Assembly: GCA_000004985.1 (NCBI GenBank)
Contig: GG738920.1
Strand: one strand, 5' to 3'
Source: Naegleria gruberi
Taxonomy: Eukaryota
DNA length: 64,000 bases
Shown here: positions 43,020 through 53,703 of the stretch, in pieces
How positions within the stretch are numbered: position 1 is the stretch's first letter
How the letters are laid out: every line of letters begins with the position of its first letter
Made by a program: the position numbers and the translations under genes
Notes under the pieces: generated by a model
Seen by the model: only the letters and a program-made list of their open reading frames with translations
What the model was told of the DNA's origin: nothing
Database searches by the model: none

Positions 43020-46000
43020 TTATTTCTTTTCAAAAGGTGTACAGAATGCAGTGTTTGTTGCAAAATGATGGAAGACTTCATGATTTTGTTTTTCAACTTG
43101 TGACATGACTCTCTTTCTAATAATCTTATCTTCATTGTGATGAATGAGATAGAGTAAGCAAACTAGCAGTACAAACACCACAATACTAATAATCAAATGT
43201 GGTAAGAATGCGGCTGTTGTATAAACTCTCAAACCAAAGAATACAATCAAAAACCAAGCTGACATGGAAAGTGCAATAATGAATACTTTCACAACGAGGA
43301 TAACTTTCTTCTGAATGGAAATGAAATCAATTCCCTTTGGTTTGTTATCAATTATGTCCAAATTATAACCAGCAGGAGCAGTGTAAATTTCTTGAAGTAA
43401 ATACCTGTCAATCCAATGTTTCATCATCATGTAGAATAATCCACATGGTAAAATAATTGGAATAAAAACTGAATAACACATGCACAAAGTGAAAACAGCC
43501 AAAATCTTTGCATAATTAGTATCAACAGAAAAATAGAATTGATCAGTGGCAGCTCTCAATTTCTCTAGAGGAGATTTTGCCTTTCTGTAAGGAGAAAGCT
43601 TTGTTTTCCAAATATACCAGAAAGCATCTTCAGTTCTAATCAAGTCATCCAAATTACCAATCAATGCATACTGAATAGCAGTCGATACCATCAATGCACC
43701 AGATGCTGGAAGGAAGATATTTGCAAGCATTTCTTGGAAATTCTCTTCAGTCTTGATATAATTGACAATACCATCCATAGAAGACAACCACAAGCTTGGC
43801 ATGACTAAAATGGTAAGAACCATGTAGAAATACTTTCTGAGAAGATAAATTCTCTTGTACTCTTGATTACTATCATATTTACCAAGCATGGTTACCTTAC
43901 TGATAACAAAACCAATTAATCTAGAAATCCAATAGAGGAAGAATGATGGCAAGAATTGGAAGAAAATACTTCCAACAATACCTGTGGCTCTTTGAATTTT
44001 TTGAATATCCATATCTACAACACCAACATTGAAAAGTGATTGAATAGCAGAGAGTATTGATGCAGGACTTGAGGCAACTATGAAGAATAGAACCAAGAAA
44101 AGATGGATCATTATATTGGTTGCAATTCCTTCATATCTTGAGCCTGTCAAACCAGAACTTCTGCAAACTGTGTACCAGTTAATATCAGTTGGTTCTTGAT
44201 CTAATGGGTGGATGGTAATCACATTATTTTGTAATCTAATTTCATTATTCAAATATCTTCCCAAAACATCTTTAACATGAGAGGTATTCTTGAAAATTAA
44301 ATAAGCAACTCCACTGCTGCTAATTCCTTCATTGTTTACGAAAATTGAAGATATTGGATCATTATTATTGGTTTCTTCAGCTTTAGTGTCCTCAATTTGA
44401 ATATCTTCCATAAAACTTGAATCATCAAAGCTGTCAATACTATTAACTTTTGGAATTTCTCTATTTTTGGTATGAAGTAACTGGTTGTATGAGGCATCCC
44501 ATTTACTGACCTCCTTACGGATCAGCCTTTTTCTCGTTTCTAAATGTTGAATAGCTTCCTCAGTATTCAACATGTTAATTTTCTTTCCGTGAGTATGTAC
44601 ACCAAAGCAGTGGGAAAGAACATTTTTGGAATCCACGACACCTTCATCAAAGATGACATGCTCCTTAAGGGAAAGTAATTCTTCTCCTCTTTCCAACTTC
44701 AAATGGATAAAGTGATCCAAATCTTCCTCAATATGTTTTAAAATTGCTGACATGGTTAATCTATTGATAAAGTCATAAATCAAAACTGATCTCAAAATTT
44801 TGCTGTCCTCATGATCTACTTTCAAATTGTCGTTAAAGTAAATCTCAACAAACGATTCAAAATCCTTCAAATTTGTCATTTCCCTTGGCAATCCTTTTAC
44901 AACGACAACATATGGAGAAATAATTTCTTTAGGATCAATAGATTTCTCCTTATTATGAATAGCAATAGAAGTGCTATCTGTTTCTTGGAATATTTCAAAT
45001 AGGCCATCCTTTTGTGATGAAATAATATTACTATCCTCTTGGTGTACTATTTCTTCTCTTGATTGATTCTCTACAACAACCTCATGAAAAACAAAGTGGA
45101 AAAAGAAGAAGAGTCCAACACAAATTGAAATTATACCAACAACTACGTGAGCATACAATGCAACAGGTGAGTCAATAACCATTTCAACAGTCGTTCTCAA
45201 TAATATATTGTCCTCTTGCGTTAAATTCTTGATTGGCTTAATACCTTTTTGCAAAACATCACTATTCGAATATAAAGAGATGTCATCAGAAGAAGGTAAA
45301 TAATTGAAACTACTACTACTATTATTCATAGAATACTCAAATATTGGAGGATTACCCGAAAGATGGATTGGTAACAATACCACACAAGCCAATATACTAC
45401 AAACCAACATGATATAAAGTATAATTTGTTGGAAATACAAGTAAATTACAATGTCCTTTCCATAGAGAGCCATCATTTTCTTTCTCTCCTGTTTTGCCTT
45501 CGAAGGAACAAAGAAGGACACAATTCCCTCCCTAAAGTGAGCAAGCATTGTTGGGAAGAACAAGATGGTAGAATTGAAAGCCTCCAAAATTACAATCTTC
45601 AATCTTCCTAACAAGTGCTTCTTCATCTCTGTTGGTTCGGAAGGAAGTTTTGGAATTTGATTAAAAGGATATTGATTAGAAACTTCTTGATAGGCACTCG
45701 TAATTTGATTAGTAATTGTACTGGCCGATGTATAATATTCATTATTACTATTTTCTACGTGTTGTTGTTGTTGTTGAGAATGATGGGATGAATCCTCTTC
45801 TTCATTAGCTTGCTGATGAGCCTTTTCCTCTTCCAAATCCCTCATGTATTCATCAAATAATTTCTTCTTTTTCCTCGGATTGAACAAAGACAATTGTCTA
45901 CAACATAAAAAGAATAATAACATATACAACAAGGCAATCAGAATATTGGCAACTAGAGTTGTCAACACTCCTCCTGCGCCTGCTATATTAAAATTAACTT

Positions 46001-46073
46001 GAATGGTACTATTGGGTGGTATAATGATAGGATCACCCTCTCCACCAAAGAGTGAAGAAGTGGTTAATGGCAT
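43020..46073 (-). CDS. OSCA/TMEM63/CSC1-like cation channel of the DUF221/RSN1_7TM family (1017 aa). These channels are described as calcium-permeable and gated by stress.
   Basis: It has N-terminal TM helices, a cytosolic RRM-like domain starting PYVVVVKGLPREM and ending GVAYLIFKNTSHVKD...PTDINWYTV (matching the AFVTF...APEPxDIiWeNL pattern), then a 7-TM C-terminal domain. Confidence 0.5.
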   Translation of the reverse strand: MPLTTSSLFGGEGDPIIIPPNSTIQVNFNIAGAGGVLTTLVANILIALLYMLLFFLCCRQLSLFNPRKKKKLFDEYMRDLEEEKAHQQANEEEDSSHHSQQQQQHVENSNNEYYTSASTITNQITSAYQEVSNQYPFNQIPKLPSEPTEMKKHLLGRLKIVILEAFNSTILFFPTMLAHFREGIVSFFVPSKAKQERKKMMALYGKDIVIYLYFQQIILYIMLVCSILACVVLLPIHLSGNPPIFEYSMNNSSSSFNYLPSSDDISLYSNSDVLQKGIKPIKNLTQEDNILLRTTVEMVIDSPVALYAHVVVGIISICVGLFFFFHFVFHEVVVENQSREEIVHQEDSNIISSQKDGLFEIFQETDSTSIAIHNKEKSIDPKEIISPYVVVVKGLPREMTNLKDFESFVEIYFNDNLKVDHEDSKILRSVLIYDFINRLTMSAILKHIEEDLDHFIHLKLERGEELLSLKEHVIFDEGVVDSKNVLSHCFGVHTHGKKINMLNTEEAIQHLETRKRLIRKEVSKWDASYNQLLHTKNREIPKVNSIDSFDDSSFMEDIQIEDTKAEETNNNDPISSIFVNNEGISSSGVAYLIFKNTSHVKDVLGRYLNNEIRLQNNVITIHPLDQEPTDINWYTVCRSSGLTGSRYEGIATNIMIHLFLVLFFIVASSPASILSAIQSLFNVGVVDMDIQKIQRATGIVGSIFFQFLPSFFLYWISRLIGFVISKVTMLGKYDSNQEYKRIYLLRKYFYMVLTILVMPSLWLSSMDGIVNYIKTEENFQEMLANIFLPASGALMVSTAIQYALIGNLDDLIRTEDAFWYIWKTKLSPYRKAKSPLEKLRAATDQFYFSVDTNYAKILAVFTLCMCYSVFIPIILPCGLFYMMMKHWIDRYLLQEIYTAPAGYNLDIIDNKPKGIDFISIQKKVILVVKVFIIALSMSAWFLIVFFGLRVYTTAAFLPHLIISIVVFVLLVCLLYLIHHNEDKIIRKRVMSQVEKQNHEVFHHFATNTAFCTPFEKK

Positions 46074-46361
46074 CTATCTGTTCTGAGTAAATAAATTGAA
46101 AATTTCTCGTGCGAATTGTTTAGGTAATTGTTGTGGCTTTTTTTTTAATTTTAGTTGGAATATTTATTTTTGAACAAGTATCTGATTTGGGATGACCTAG
46201 AAGAAAAGTAGAGCATTGTTAGAAGAATAATAGTAAGTATGATCAAACTTACAACTTCAAAGTTATTCTAAACTATTTAATGAGATGTAAGTTTCTTGGT
46301 TCCTATGCAACATCTAACCAATGATGAGAACGAAATTGTCTAAATCCTTAACAGTGTAATT

Positions 46362-49300
46362 TTATTGAGATTGTGGATTTTTTTGATCTGATCTTTGATA
46401 AACAACAACAATATCTTCAGAGTTTTCGTATGGATTGTAAACTGATGATGTTGGATTCACATGATAATTTCTTGTGTCAGACGAATTATCATAAATCAAA
46501 ATATTACTATGATTTTCCTCATTCGATACTGGAGGTGCGCTTGGTTGTTGATTATTATTGGTTGCTGATGTTGTTGAGTTATTACTGAATTCTGTCATTT
46601 CGACATGAGTAGCTTGATTTGGTTTTGGTGGTGGAAGTTTCACATCTGGTGGAATGTTAATAGTGCTACTGCTGGTGATTGGAGGAACAGGAGGAATTGT
46701 TGAGGATGTGTTGGTTGCGAATAATTGATTTCTGGCCTCTCGTTCTCTTCTTAAGCGTTCCTCTCTGTCTATTCTTTCCATTGCTTCTCTTTCTCTTCTG
46801 AGGTTCTCTTCTTGCATTCTTGAAACAGAATTATCAACTTGAATGGTGTGGTTTCGTCTATTTTCTTCACTATCTGTATCTGAATGAGGTGCAGTAGATG
46901 CGTTGGAATGAGTTGTTATATTATGGTGCTGTCTTGCTGATTTGGTAGCGAAAATGGATTTGAAAATCCACTGATCATTCACTGATTTCTTAATTAAATA
47001 GTCAGCAAGTGCAGTTCCAAGGAAAAGAACTGTCAGGAATAGGAAAATAGTTCCAAGAACTAATCCTGAAATACCCAATGCTTGAATCTGATCAAAGCTG
47101 GTATTCAAGAAGATTATTTCAGAATTTGGGCATCTTAACTTGGCTGTTGCAATGGATCCCATTGTAAAATTGTTCTTTGTGATACTTGGTTGATATAACA
47201 CACCATTAATTGTCATATTAGATGGATAAGTCGAACTGGAAGAGTACTTAATGCATGAAAGGGTTCTATCTTGTGTATCCATTATAGTGGCATAGGTAGT
47301 TATGGAACTAGGTGCTCTATATTTACAGCAGGTATAATAAGTAGCATTTCCCAATTGAGCGCCATTTGGAATAATGTCACTTTCGGTATTTGATAGTGTT
47401 GCTATTCCCACTCCCATAGAAATGAGCAATCCAACATAGAATGCAACACTACAGAATAAACAAACAAATCCAAGAATTAGGTTGGACACTATCGTATGGA
47501 CTTTCTTTTTGGTTAACTTTTCCAATATACTGGAAAGTGCTGGACCAAGCAATAATACTAAATCATAAAATACTGTCATTCCTGATCCTTTCTTGAATGC
47601 ATTCAACGAGGCATCATAATTGGCACTGATAGATGGATCTTTAAGTGCTCCATTATAGATCAAGAATAAACAAAGTACTAAATAAAGAACTGATACAATG
47701 AATAAACCTCCCATTACACCCAAGGTAATCAGAATTGGAAGAGTTTCAGGTTGCACTTGAGCATCCTCTTCCACAAAAACGTAGGCATAATTAGAGGTGT
47801 ATTTAGAATTGGTGGTTGATGGGAAAATCATACTAAAGAATAGGAAAGTCTTACTGTCGACCATCTCTTGTGTAATTTTCATTCTAGCATTCAACTTGGT
47901 GAAGGATTGTTGATACTTGTAATTGTAATAGGTTACATCGTAATAATTGAAGAGGGTCTTGTTCATTGGAATTAGTTCACTAGTAGTCCAATCGACCAAG
48001 AAGACGTTTTCGTCATTTGGGATTGCGTAACTAGTTGTGAATTCTACATTAATATACTTATCAATAGTGGATTGTGAAATGTTCAAACTACTTGCATTCA
48101 GATAGAGATTAGGATATTTCAAGTCAATAGCTGACTCTGAATTATATCTAACAGTGGGAGTATAGCTGTGTTCGAAATAGATGTTTGAACTTAAATAGCA
48201 AGAATATGCATTCGTAACAATAGAGCCAGGAATTTCTCTAAAGAAGAGATAGATTTGCTGTCCTATCATGTCCAATTTCGAAGGTGAAATTAGACGAAAG
48301 TTGGATTCTTGCAATGAAAATGTTCCTGTGTTTGAAAAAGAATACCTCAAAGAATAGACTTTCGAAGAATTTTTAAAGGATAGGTCAGATATTTTCATAT
48401 CATAATCTGTTGTGGTTGGTTTTTGGCCAATTTTAGCATAAACCTCATATGATCTATCAAATATTCCCAACCTACTATCCAAATTAATAGTTAAATCGCT
48501 AGAGATAAGGTAGGTTCTATCAACATTGAGGGTATAATAGAAATCACCAGACAATGTTGATAAGTAATTTTTAGCATTAGTTCCAAATACATTATTGGTA
48601 TAGTTTGCAGCATAATAATAAAATGTAATTTGAGAATATTGGAGAGATGGATCAATAAACAATCCAAATTTCCAAATGTTTCCCTTGATTCCTGTTGTTG
48701 GGGTGAGAAGTGAAATCTGTGCCTCGTACGGAGAAGCAATGTTTGAAGAGTTACAGTTCAAAGTTTGATTGTAAAGTTCGTTAGATTGAATTGTTCTGGT
48801 TGCTCCATTAGAATTCAATGAATTATCAATAAAATCCTGAGTACCAATAAGAGATAGTTTTGAAGGTTGATTATATCTTGGTAAACCTTTAACAGTTGCC
48901 CTAACAAATAACCTTACAGTGTCAGAAGTTACCTTACTAGTGTCAAGGAATAACCAGTGGACTCCATTAGATACAGATGCTTTTGCTTGATTTTGAGACC
49001 CTGCTACTTTTAAAGAAATAGTGGATGGATTTGAAAATAAAGTAGGATAAGAAAGAGTCAAATTAACAGTGCACAATTGACATCTTGTCTCAAAAAAATA
49101 AAGAAAATTCTTGGAAGAAAGTTGAGCATTCGGAAATTGATTCTTTGGGACAGAAGATCCCTTCATTTGACTCATTAACTCAATGCTTGGTGATTTTAAA
49201 GTGTTAAACGCAATAAATTTGTCTGTACTTGAATCATCATTGACAAAGGTCAAATTTGTCAACAATGGAATGGATTCCAATTTGTTAATTGTTGAAATGG

Positions 49301-50786
49301 TCAGTCCAAATGCTTCACCTATTTCATTCTTTTCTGTAAAAATTGAATTGATTGTCAAGCTGTCATCACTCAATGTTGAATAAAACTTTCGTGACAAGTA
49401 CAATCTGAATGTGGCAGAGGTTGCTTCAACTCTCAAATAAATGGCTGTGTTACTCGATCCTGTGCAGTCTAATTGCTCTGATGGAACAACCAAGAATAAT
49501 CGAGACCCAATAAAATCTTTGTCAATGAACGAAATCTTTTTTTGTTCCATTGTCTTGTTGGAGAGAATGAATAAACTTCCAGAAAATGCACTAGATGCAA
49601 TCAAGTTCACTTGAAGCCAACAATTGTTTGAATTGAATGGGCTTTGTGCTTCATGAATGAAATACGACAAATCTGAAACTTGACTCTTCACAACCATGGA
49701 TGGATTTGAGCTTATTTCTGAATTGGTTGAAACTTGCTTGGTTTGGAAAATTGAATATGAAAACGATTTTGAATTATCTGATGAATTCATTTCCTCAACA
49801 AAATCATTCGATGAATCAACTGATATGTCAATGGAAGAGGAAACAGATGTCTCACTTTTCGATCCATTCAATTTGAAATTTACATCAAATGTCAATGTTT
49901 CCAAATATGATAAATTGACATTATAAAGTGTGAATGTCATCTTTGAGGATGATACTGTGCTATTCTCAATTTCAGGATAAATGTCCACTATGTTGGAAGA
50001 AGAAATCTTTCTTATACTCTGCAATGAAACTAGTGATATTGATAATATTGAAGAACTTATGGTAATAGTGATATTGACAGCTGGATCAATGGCCTTATTA
50101 TTGACTACAATTGGAATATTGGCAGAATCTGTCATATTATTTACAAAAAGTCCATTGAATGGTTCAGATTTGACTTGATTATATGAAGAAGGAGTAAGAA
50201 AATTAATTGAACTGCTATTTGATGCTAACACCAAATCAACAATTGTTGTGTCATTTGTAACATAGCAAAAACCCAACTTGACTTGAGTCATAAAGAGTGA
50301 AACTGTTGGATTTGCATTTCGTGTTGTAATTTTGAAAGTATTGATATCACTTAAATTCAAATAAGATGTAATTGCTTGACTATTCAAATCTAAACTAAAG
50401 GTTGATCCGTTACAAAAGGAATAGGTTGGTAATGGAAGATTCATTATGAAAATATCATTGATTAAAACAGATGTTGTGTGTTGATATTGACTATTTGATG
50501 TTGGGGAGAAGACGTACTTGGCTGTTACTGTCAAACCACTTCCAAGAATGATCTTTCCTTTGGTTGTGTATGGAAATGTTGCAACAAGATCCAGTGTATT
50601 TAATACCTTATATGCAGAGGTTGAACATGTAAGATCAGAGGCCATATTTTTGCTATCAAAATACGAATCCATCACTATTGAATCGGTACACATCTTTTTT
50701 GCCATTATAACCGACTGTTGGCAACACAAACAGGTCAACAACAGTAGCGTAAACAGTTGGACGAAACTTGCTGAGTTTCCTTTCAT
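46362..50786 (-). CDS. Large Ser/Thr/Asn-rich secreted or membrane glycoprotein (1474 aa). It has a signal peptide, a long ectodomain, four predicted TM helices and an Arg/Glu- and Pro-rich cytoplasmic tail.
   Basis: The N-terminus is MKGNSASFVQLFTLLLLTCLCCQQSVIMA. It has many N-x-S/T sites. TM helices occur near residues 1010-1200. The tail contains RREREAMERIDREERLRREREARNQ and then PPVPPITSS...PPPKP. Confidence 0.5.
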   Translation of the reverse strand: MKGNSASFVQLFTLLLLTCLCCQQSVIMAKKMCTDSIVMDSYFDSKNMASDLTCSTSAYKVLNTLDLVATFPYTTKGKIILGSGLTVTAKYVFSPTSNSQYQHTTSVLINDIFIMNLPLPTYSFCNGSTFSLDLNSQAITSYLNLSDINTFKITTRNANPTVSLFMTQVKLGFCYVTNDTTIVDLVLASNSSSINFLTPSSYNQVKSEPFNGLFVNNMTDSANIPIVVNNKAIDPAVNITITISSSILSISLVSLQSIRKISSSNIVDIYPEIENSTVSSSKMTFTLYNVNLSYLETLTFDVNFKLNGSKSETSVSSSIDISVDSSNDFVEEMNSSDNSKSFSYSIFQTKQVSTNSEISSNPSMVVKSQVSDLSYFIHEAQSPFNSNNCWLQVNLIASSAFSGSLFILSNKTMEQKKISFIDKDFIGSRLFLVVPSEQLDCTGSSNTAIYLRVEATSATFRLYLSRKFYSTLSDDSLTINSIFTEKNEIGEAFGLTISTINKLESIPLLTNLTFVNDDSSTDKFIAFNTLKSPSIELMSQMKGSSVPKNQFPNAQLSSKNFLYFFETRCQLCTVNLTLSYPTLFSNPSTISLKVAGSQNQAKASVSNGVHWLFLDTSKVTSDTVRLFVRATVKGLPRYNQPSKLSLIGTQDFIDNSLNSNGATRTIQSNELYNQTLNCNSSNIASPYEAQISLLTPTTGIKGNIWKFGLFIDPSLQYSQITFYYYAANYTNNVFGTNAKNYLSTLSGDFYYTLNVDRTYLISSDLTINLDSRLGIFDRSYEVYAKIGQKPTTTDYDMKISDLSFKNSSKVYSLRYSFSNTGTFSLQESNFRLISPSKLDMIGQQIYLFFREIPGSIVTNAYSCYLSSNIYFEHSYTPTVRYNSESAIDLKYPNLYLNASSLNISQSTIDKYINVEFTTSYAIPNDENVFLVDWTTSELIPMNKTLFNYYDVTYYNYKYQQSFTKLNARMKITQEMVDSKTFLFFSMIFPSTTNSKYTSNYAYVFVEEDAQVQPETLPILITLGVMGGLFIVSVLYLVLCLFLIYNGALKDPSISANYDASLNAFKKGSGMTVFYDLVLLLGPALSSILEKLTKKKVHTIVSNLILGFVCLFCSVAFYVGLLISMGVGIATLSNTESDIIPNGAQLGNATYYTCCKYRAPSSITTYATIMDTQDRTLSCIKYSSSSTYPSNMTINGVLYQPSITKNNFTMGSIATAKLRCPNSEIIFLNTSFDQIQALGISGLVLGTIFLFLTVLFLGTALADYLIKKSVNDQWIFKSIFATKSARQHHNITTHSNASTAPHSDTDSEENRRNHTIQVDNSVSRMQEENLRREREAMERIDREERLRREREARNQLFATNTSSTIPPVPPITSSSTINIPPDVKLPPPKPNQATHVEMTEFSNNSTTSATNNNQQPSAPPVSNEENHSNILIYDNSSDTRNYHVNPTSSVYNPYENSEDIVVVYQRSDQKNPQSQ

Positions 50787-51009
50787 TTTTTTTGTTTTGA
50801 TTTCTTTTTAGTTCCCACCTGAACTTGATCGATTTGATATCCATTTGGTCTAGACCCAACCAGGTCACGATCGTACACTTCTATACAAAAACAGAGAGTT
50901 CTATTTTCATCATGTACTTGCAATTACTATTATTTAATAATATTGTAATCGTCTAAAATGTTAATTCACAAACTAATACAATAACAAACGTTTTGATTAA
51001 TTGTGCAAA

Positions 51010-52000
51010 TTATTTCTTGGCTTTGTCTGCTTCCATCTTTTCAGATAACCAAAGACCAAGTTTCGAAAAACATGGAGAATTGAAGAGGCATAGCTGATAA
51101 TCTCCAACTGAAGTGGTGTTAATGGCTTCCTCATTGCTCGTTACATTGTTAGTCTTTTGTAGACAATCTAAAATGTATCTTTTACAGTGTACAGTCATTA
51201 ATTGCATTGCCAAAACATGGAAAGATGGTGGTAATAGAACGATATTATCTCCATATCCAACGACTGTTTTCAGTGTTTTTTGCAGTTTAAGCTTTTCAAC
51301 AATTTCATCCATTTGATTTCTGTCTTTATCGGTAAATTCTATTTCGGTTTGATCTGAAGCATCTTCAAGATGAGCGTTTTGGTCATCCTTTAGAATAGTT
51401 AAGTAATGTTTAAACTTTTGCAATGATTCCTTCTGGTTACATAAATGTCTATAATCTTCAATAGAATTAGCATGATGTTGCAAATTTGGATCTGTAATTC
51501 CATCAAAAGTTGCCTTTCCACATGATCGTAAATCTTCCACTAATTTTCTTCTTTCCATGGCCGAAAATTTCTTTTCCAACAAATCAACTCCACTCCAATC
51601 CTTCATACATTCATAATTTCCACCAAGCATTGCTTGTCCTAAGAATTCCAAATTTTAATGTAAAATTATTTAAATTATGAATAATATTAAATCAAATTCA
51701 TGAATATTGATCGGATCAAAACCTACCCATAGCCACATTATTAAACAAAAATTCTGTGTCTGATAAAGAGTATTCTTCCTTCGGAACCAATTCATCAAAA
51801 TCTCTCAGCTTCAACTCTGTAGCCTTTGTTTGAATTCGTGTATGTGCGAGAGCAAAGAATGAAAAAACTTGTTCATTGTGATCAAGAATAGCATCATCAA
51901 ATTCTGGTTTTACCTTCTCTGGTATGGAAAAGGTATCAAAAGTGGTATCTGTTTTATATTCGTATGGCGGAGGTGGTGCTTGGCTTGCTTGTTGTCCCAT
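51010..52000 (-). CDS. Hypothetical protein with an N-myristoylation-type start (MGQQASQAPPPPYEY). Two exons: 52000..51738 and 51638..51010, with a 99-nt GTAGGT...TAG intron.
   Basis: The two track ORFs (51716..52102 and 51010..51651) join in frame as ...NNVAMG|QAMLGGNYECMKDW. The upstream part of the first ORF starts at a TTG. The first ATG is at 52000. Confidence 0.4.
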
Positions 52001-52113
52001 TTTTTTTGTTTTGTGATTGGTTTTTAATTTTGATTTGTAAAGAATCTTAATATATTGTAAAGATTTTAATGAGATTGATTTGTAAGAGAATGGGAATGGC
52101 AAAGCATATCAAG

Positions 52114-53703
52114 CTACTTTTTCTTTTTGTTAGGATAGGAGGAAGAAAAACTTCCTGATCTCTTTGGTTGGTGTGTAATTAGAGAAGATGAAGCTTGTGT
52201 TGGTTGCTGTTGAATGATGGGAGTGTTTGATAGTAAATTCTCCAAATAATTCAGGGCATCCTTAGTTTTGCTGCACTGTTCGTAAATGTTTAAACGAGGA
52301 TTAGAGATCTTTTGAATAATTACACTTGCAGTCCTCTGGTTCGTCTCGAAAGTAATATAAGAGAACAATCCAGTTACTGAATGTAGATTTGTTTCAATGT
52401 GAGATCGTAATAGTGGCATAGTTCTGTGTAGTTCATATTTCTTTGATGCTGGATTGCTGTTCTGGAGGAAATTATTAATATCTCTGCAATTTGAACAATT
52501 AGTTTCACATACAAAGGTTGGAAGTGACCAGTCCCTTACGTCAGCTTTTTCTTGAATATTGAGAATTGATTTAATAAGCTCAATACTACAGGTGACAAGT
52601 TGAGCAAATGCTTTAACATCAATGAATGCACTCTTACCATACGTAATCTCAATATATTTGATGAGAGGAATAAGTATTTTGGCAACTCCAACAAAATCTT
52701 TAATTTTTGAAGTGATTGCTGACGTAACTTCTGATAATTCATTTGGAAAATTGCAATAGCAGATAGCTGAAATAATGGCCTTGCAATTTTCCACACTAAT
52801 ATCATCCGTTATGAACTGATTAATTATCCTTTCTCTAAGTTTCAATAGCATGACATTGGCAACTTCATGATCACCAAGTCCATTCAAGTGAATGACAAAT
52901 TTAAGGGAAGTATTCAAATCCATTTCTGTTATAATACCTTCCAAAAAGTTTTTAACTTCCTCACAAAAGAAATATTTTAGATAGTAAATAATAACAGTAT
53001 AGTACCTTAAAAATTTTTCCTTATTTCCCAATAATAGATTCAATGCTGAAACCATATATGAATGATAATTCTCCAAGTATTTCAATATTAATGATAGTTC
53101 AGTTTGATCTACGACCATACAACGCTTAATCATATAGACAGAAGTACTCTCCATTAGAGGGACAGCACATAATTGCATGCAATTCAATATTCTTTCTACA
53201 GCATAGGGCGAAAGATATCCTGTGGTTGATAAATATTCAAATACATAGTCACACAGGTCTGATGTAAGAGTTGAGTTTTCCTGTAGTAAAATAGTCTCAA
53301 AAGCAAAATCAAATATCATTTTGCTACTGAGATTAGATGTTATAAATTTGAAGAATGGTTGTTTGAAACTATTCATAAATCCAAAGGTGCTTATTAGGTC
53401 TTGCCATGATTTTAAGCATAAATGTTTGTTTGAAAATTCAGTAGCTATTTCATCATTCTTCAATTTAAGTACAGCATTTAGAAGGGCACTTTCTTGCAAC
53501 CAATTAGTCTTCATCATTTCCAATATTTTATCTACATTCGCCTTGTTTGGATTTTCAAGTTGATCATCTACCAACATGTCAAAATATTTATGCTTGCAAT
53601 TACTGTCCAAAAAACGCAAAGCATTAACATAATTCTTCTTTGGAATAATTGCTAAGCAAGAACGAGAATGATATCTTGAAAGTTTGTTAGAAATTTCAAT
53701 CAT
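52114..53703 (-). CDS. Helical hypothetical protein (529 aa). It is probably the 3' part of the same gene as 53704..55290.
   Basis: The ORF starts at the ATG immediately after the TAG of the upstream ORF, in the same frame. It has a C-terminal KKKK. Confidence 0.4.
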   Translation of the reverse strand: MIEISNKLSRYHSRSCLAIIPKKNYVNALRFLDSNCKHKYFDMLVDDQLENPNKANVDKILEMMKTNWLQESALLNAVLKLKNDEIATEFSNKHLCLKSWQDLISTFGFMNSFKQPFFKFITSNLSSKMIFDFAFETILLQENSTLTSDLCDYVFEYLSTTGYLSPYAVERILNCMQLCAVPLMESTSVYMIKRCMVVDQTELSLILKYLENYHSYMVSALNLLLGNKEKFLRYYTVIIYYLKYFFCEEVKNFLEGIITEMDLNTSLKFVIHLNGLGDHEVANVMLLKLRERIINQFITDDISVENCKAIISAICYCNFPNELSEVTSAITSKIKDFVGVAKILIPLIKYIEITYGKSAFIDVKAFAQLVTCSIELIKSILNIQEKADVRDWSLPTFVCETNCSNCRDINNFLQNSNPASKKYELHRTMPLLRSHIETNLHSVTGLFSYITFETNQRTASVIIQKISNPRLNIYEQCSKTKDALNYLENLLSNTPIIQQQPTQASSSLITHQPKRSGSFSSSYPNKKKK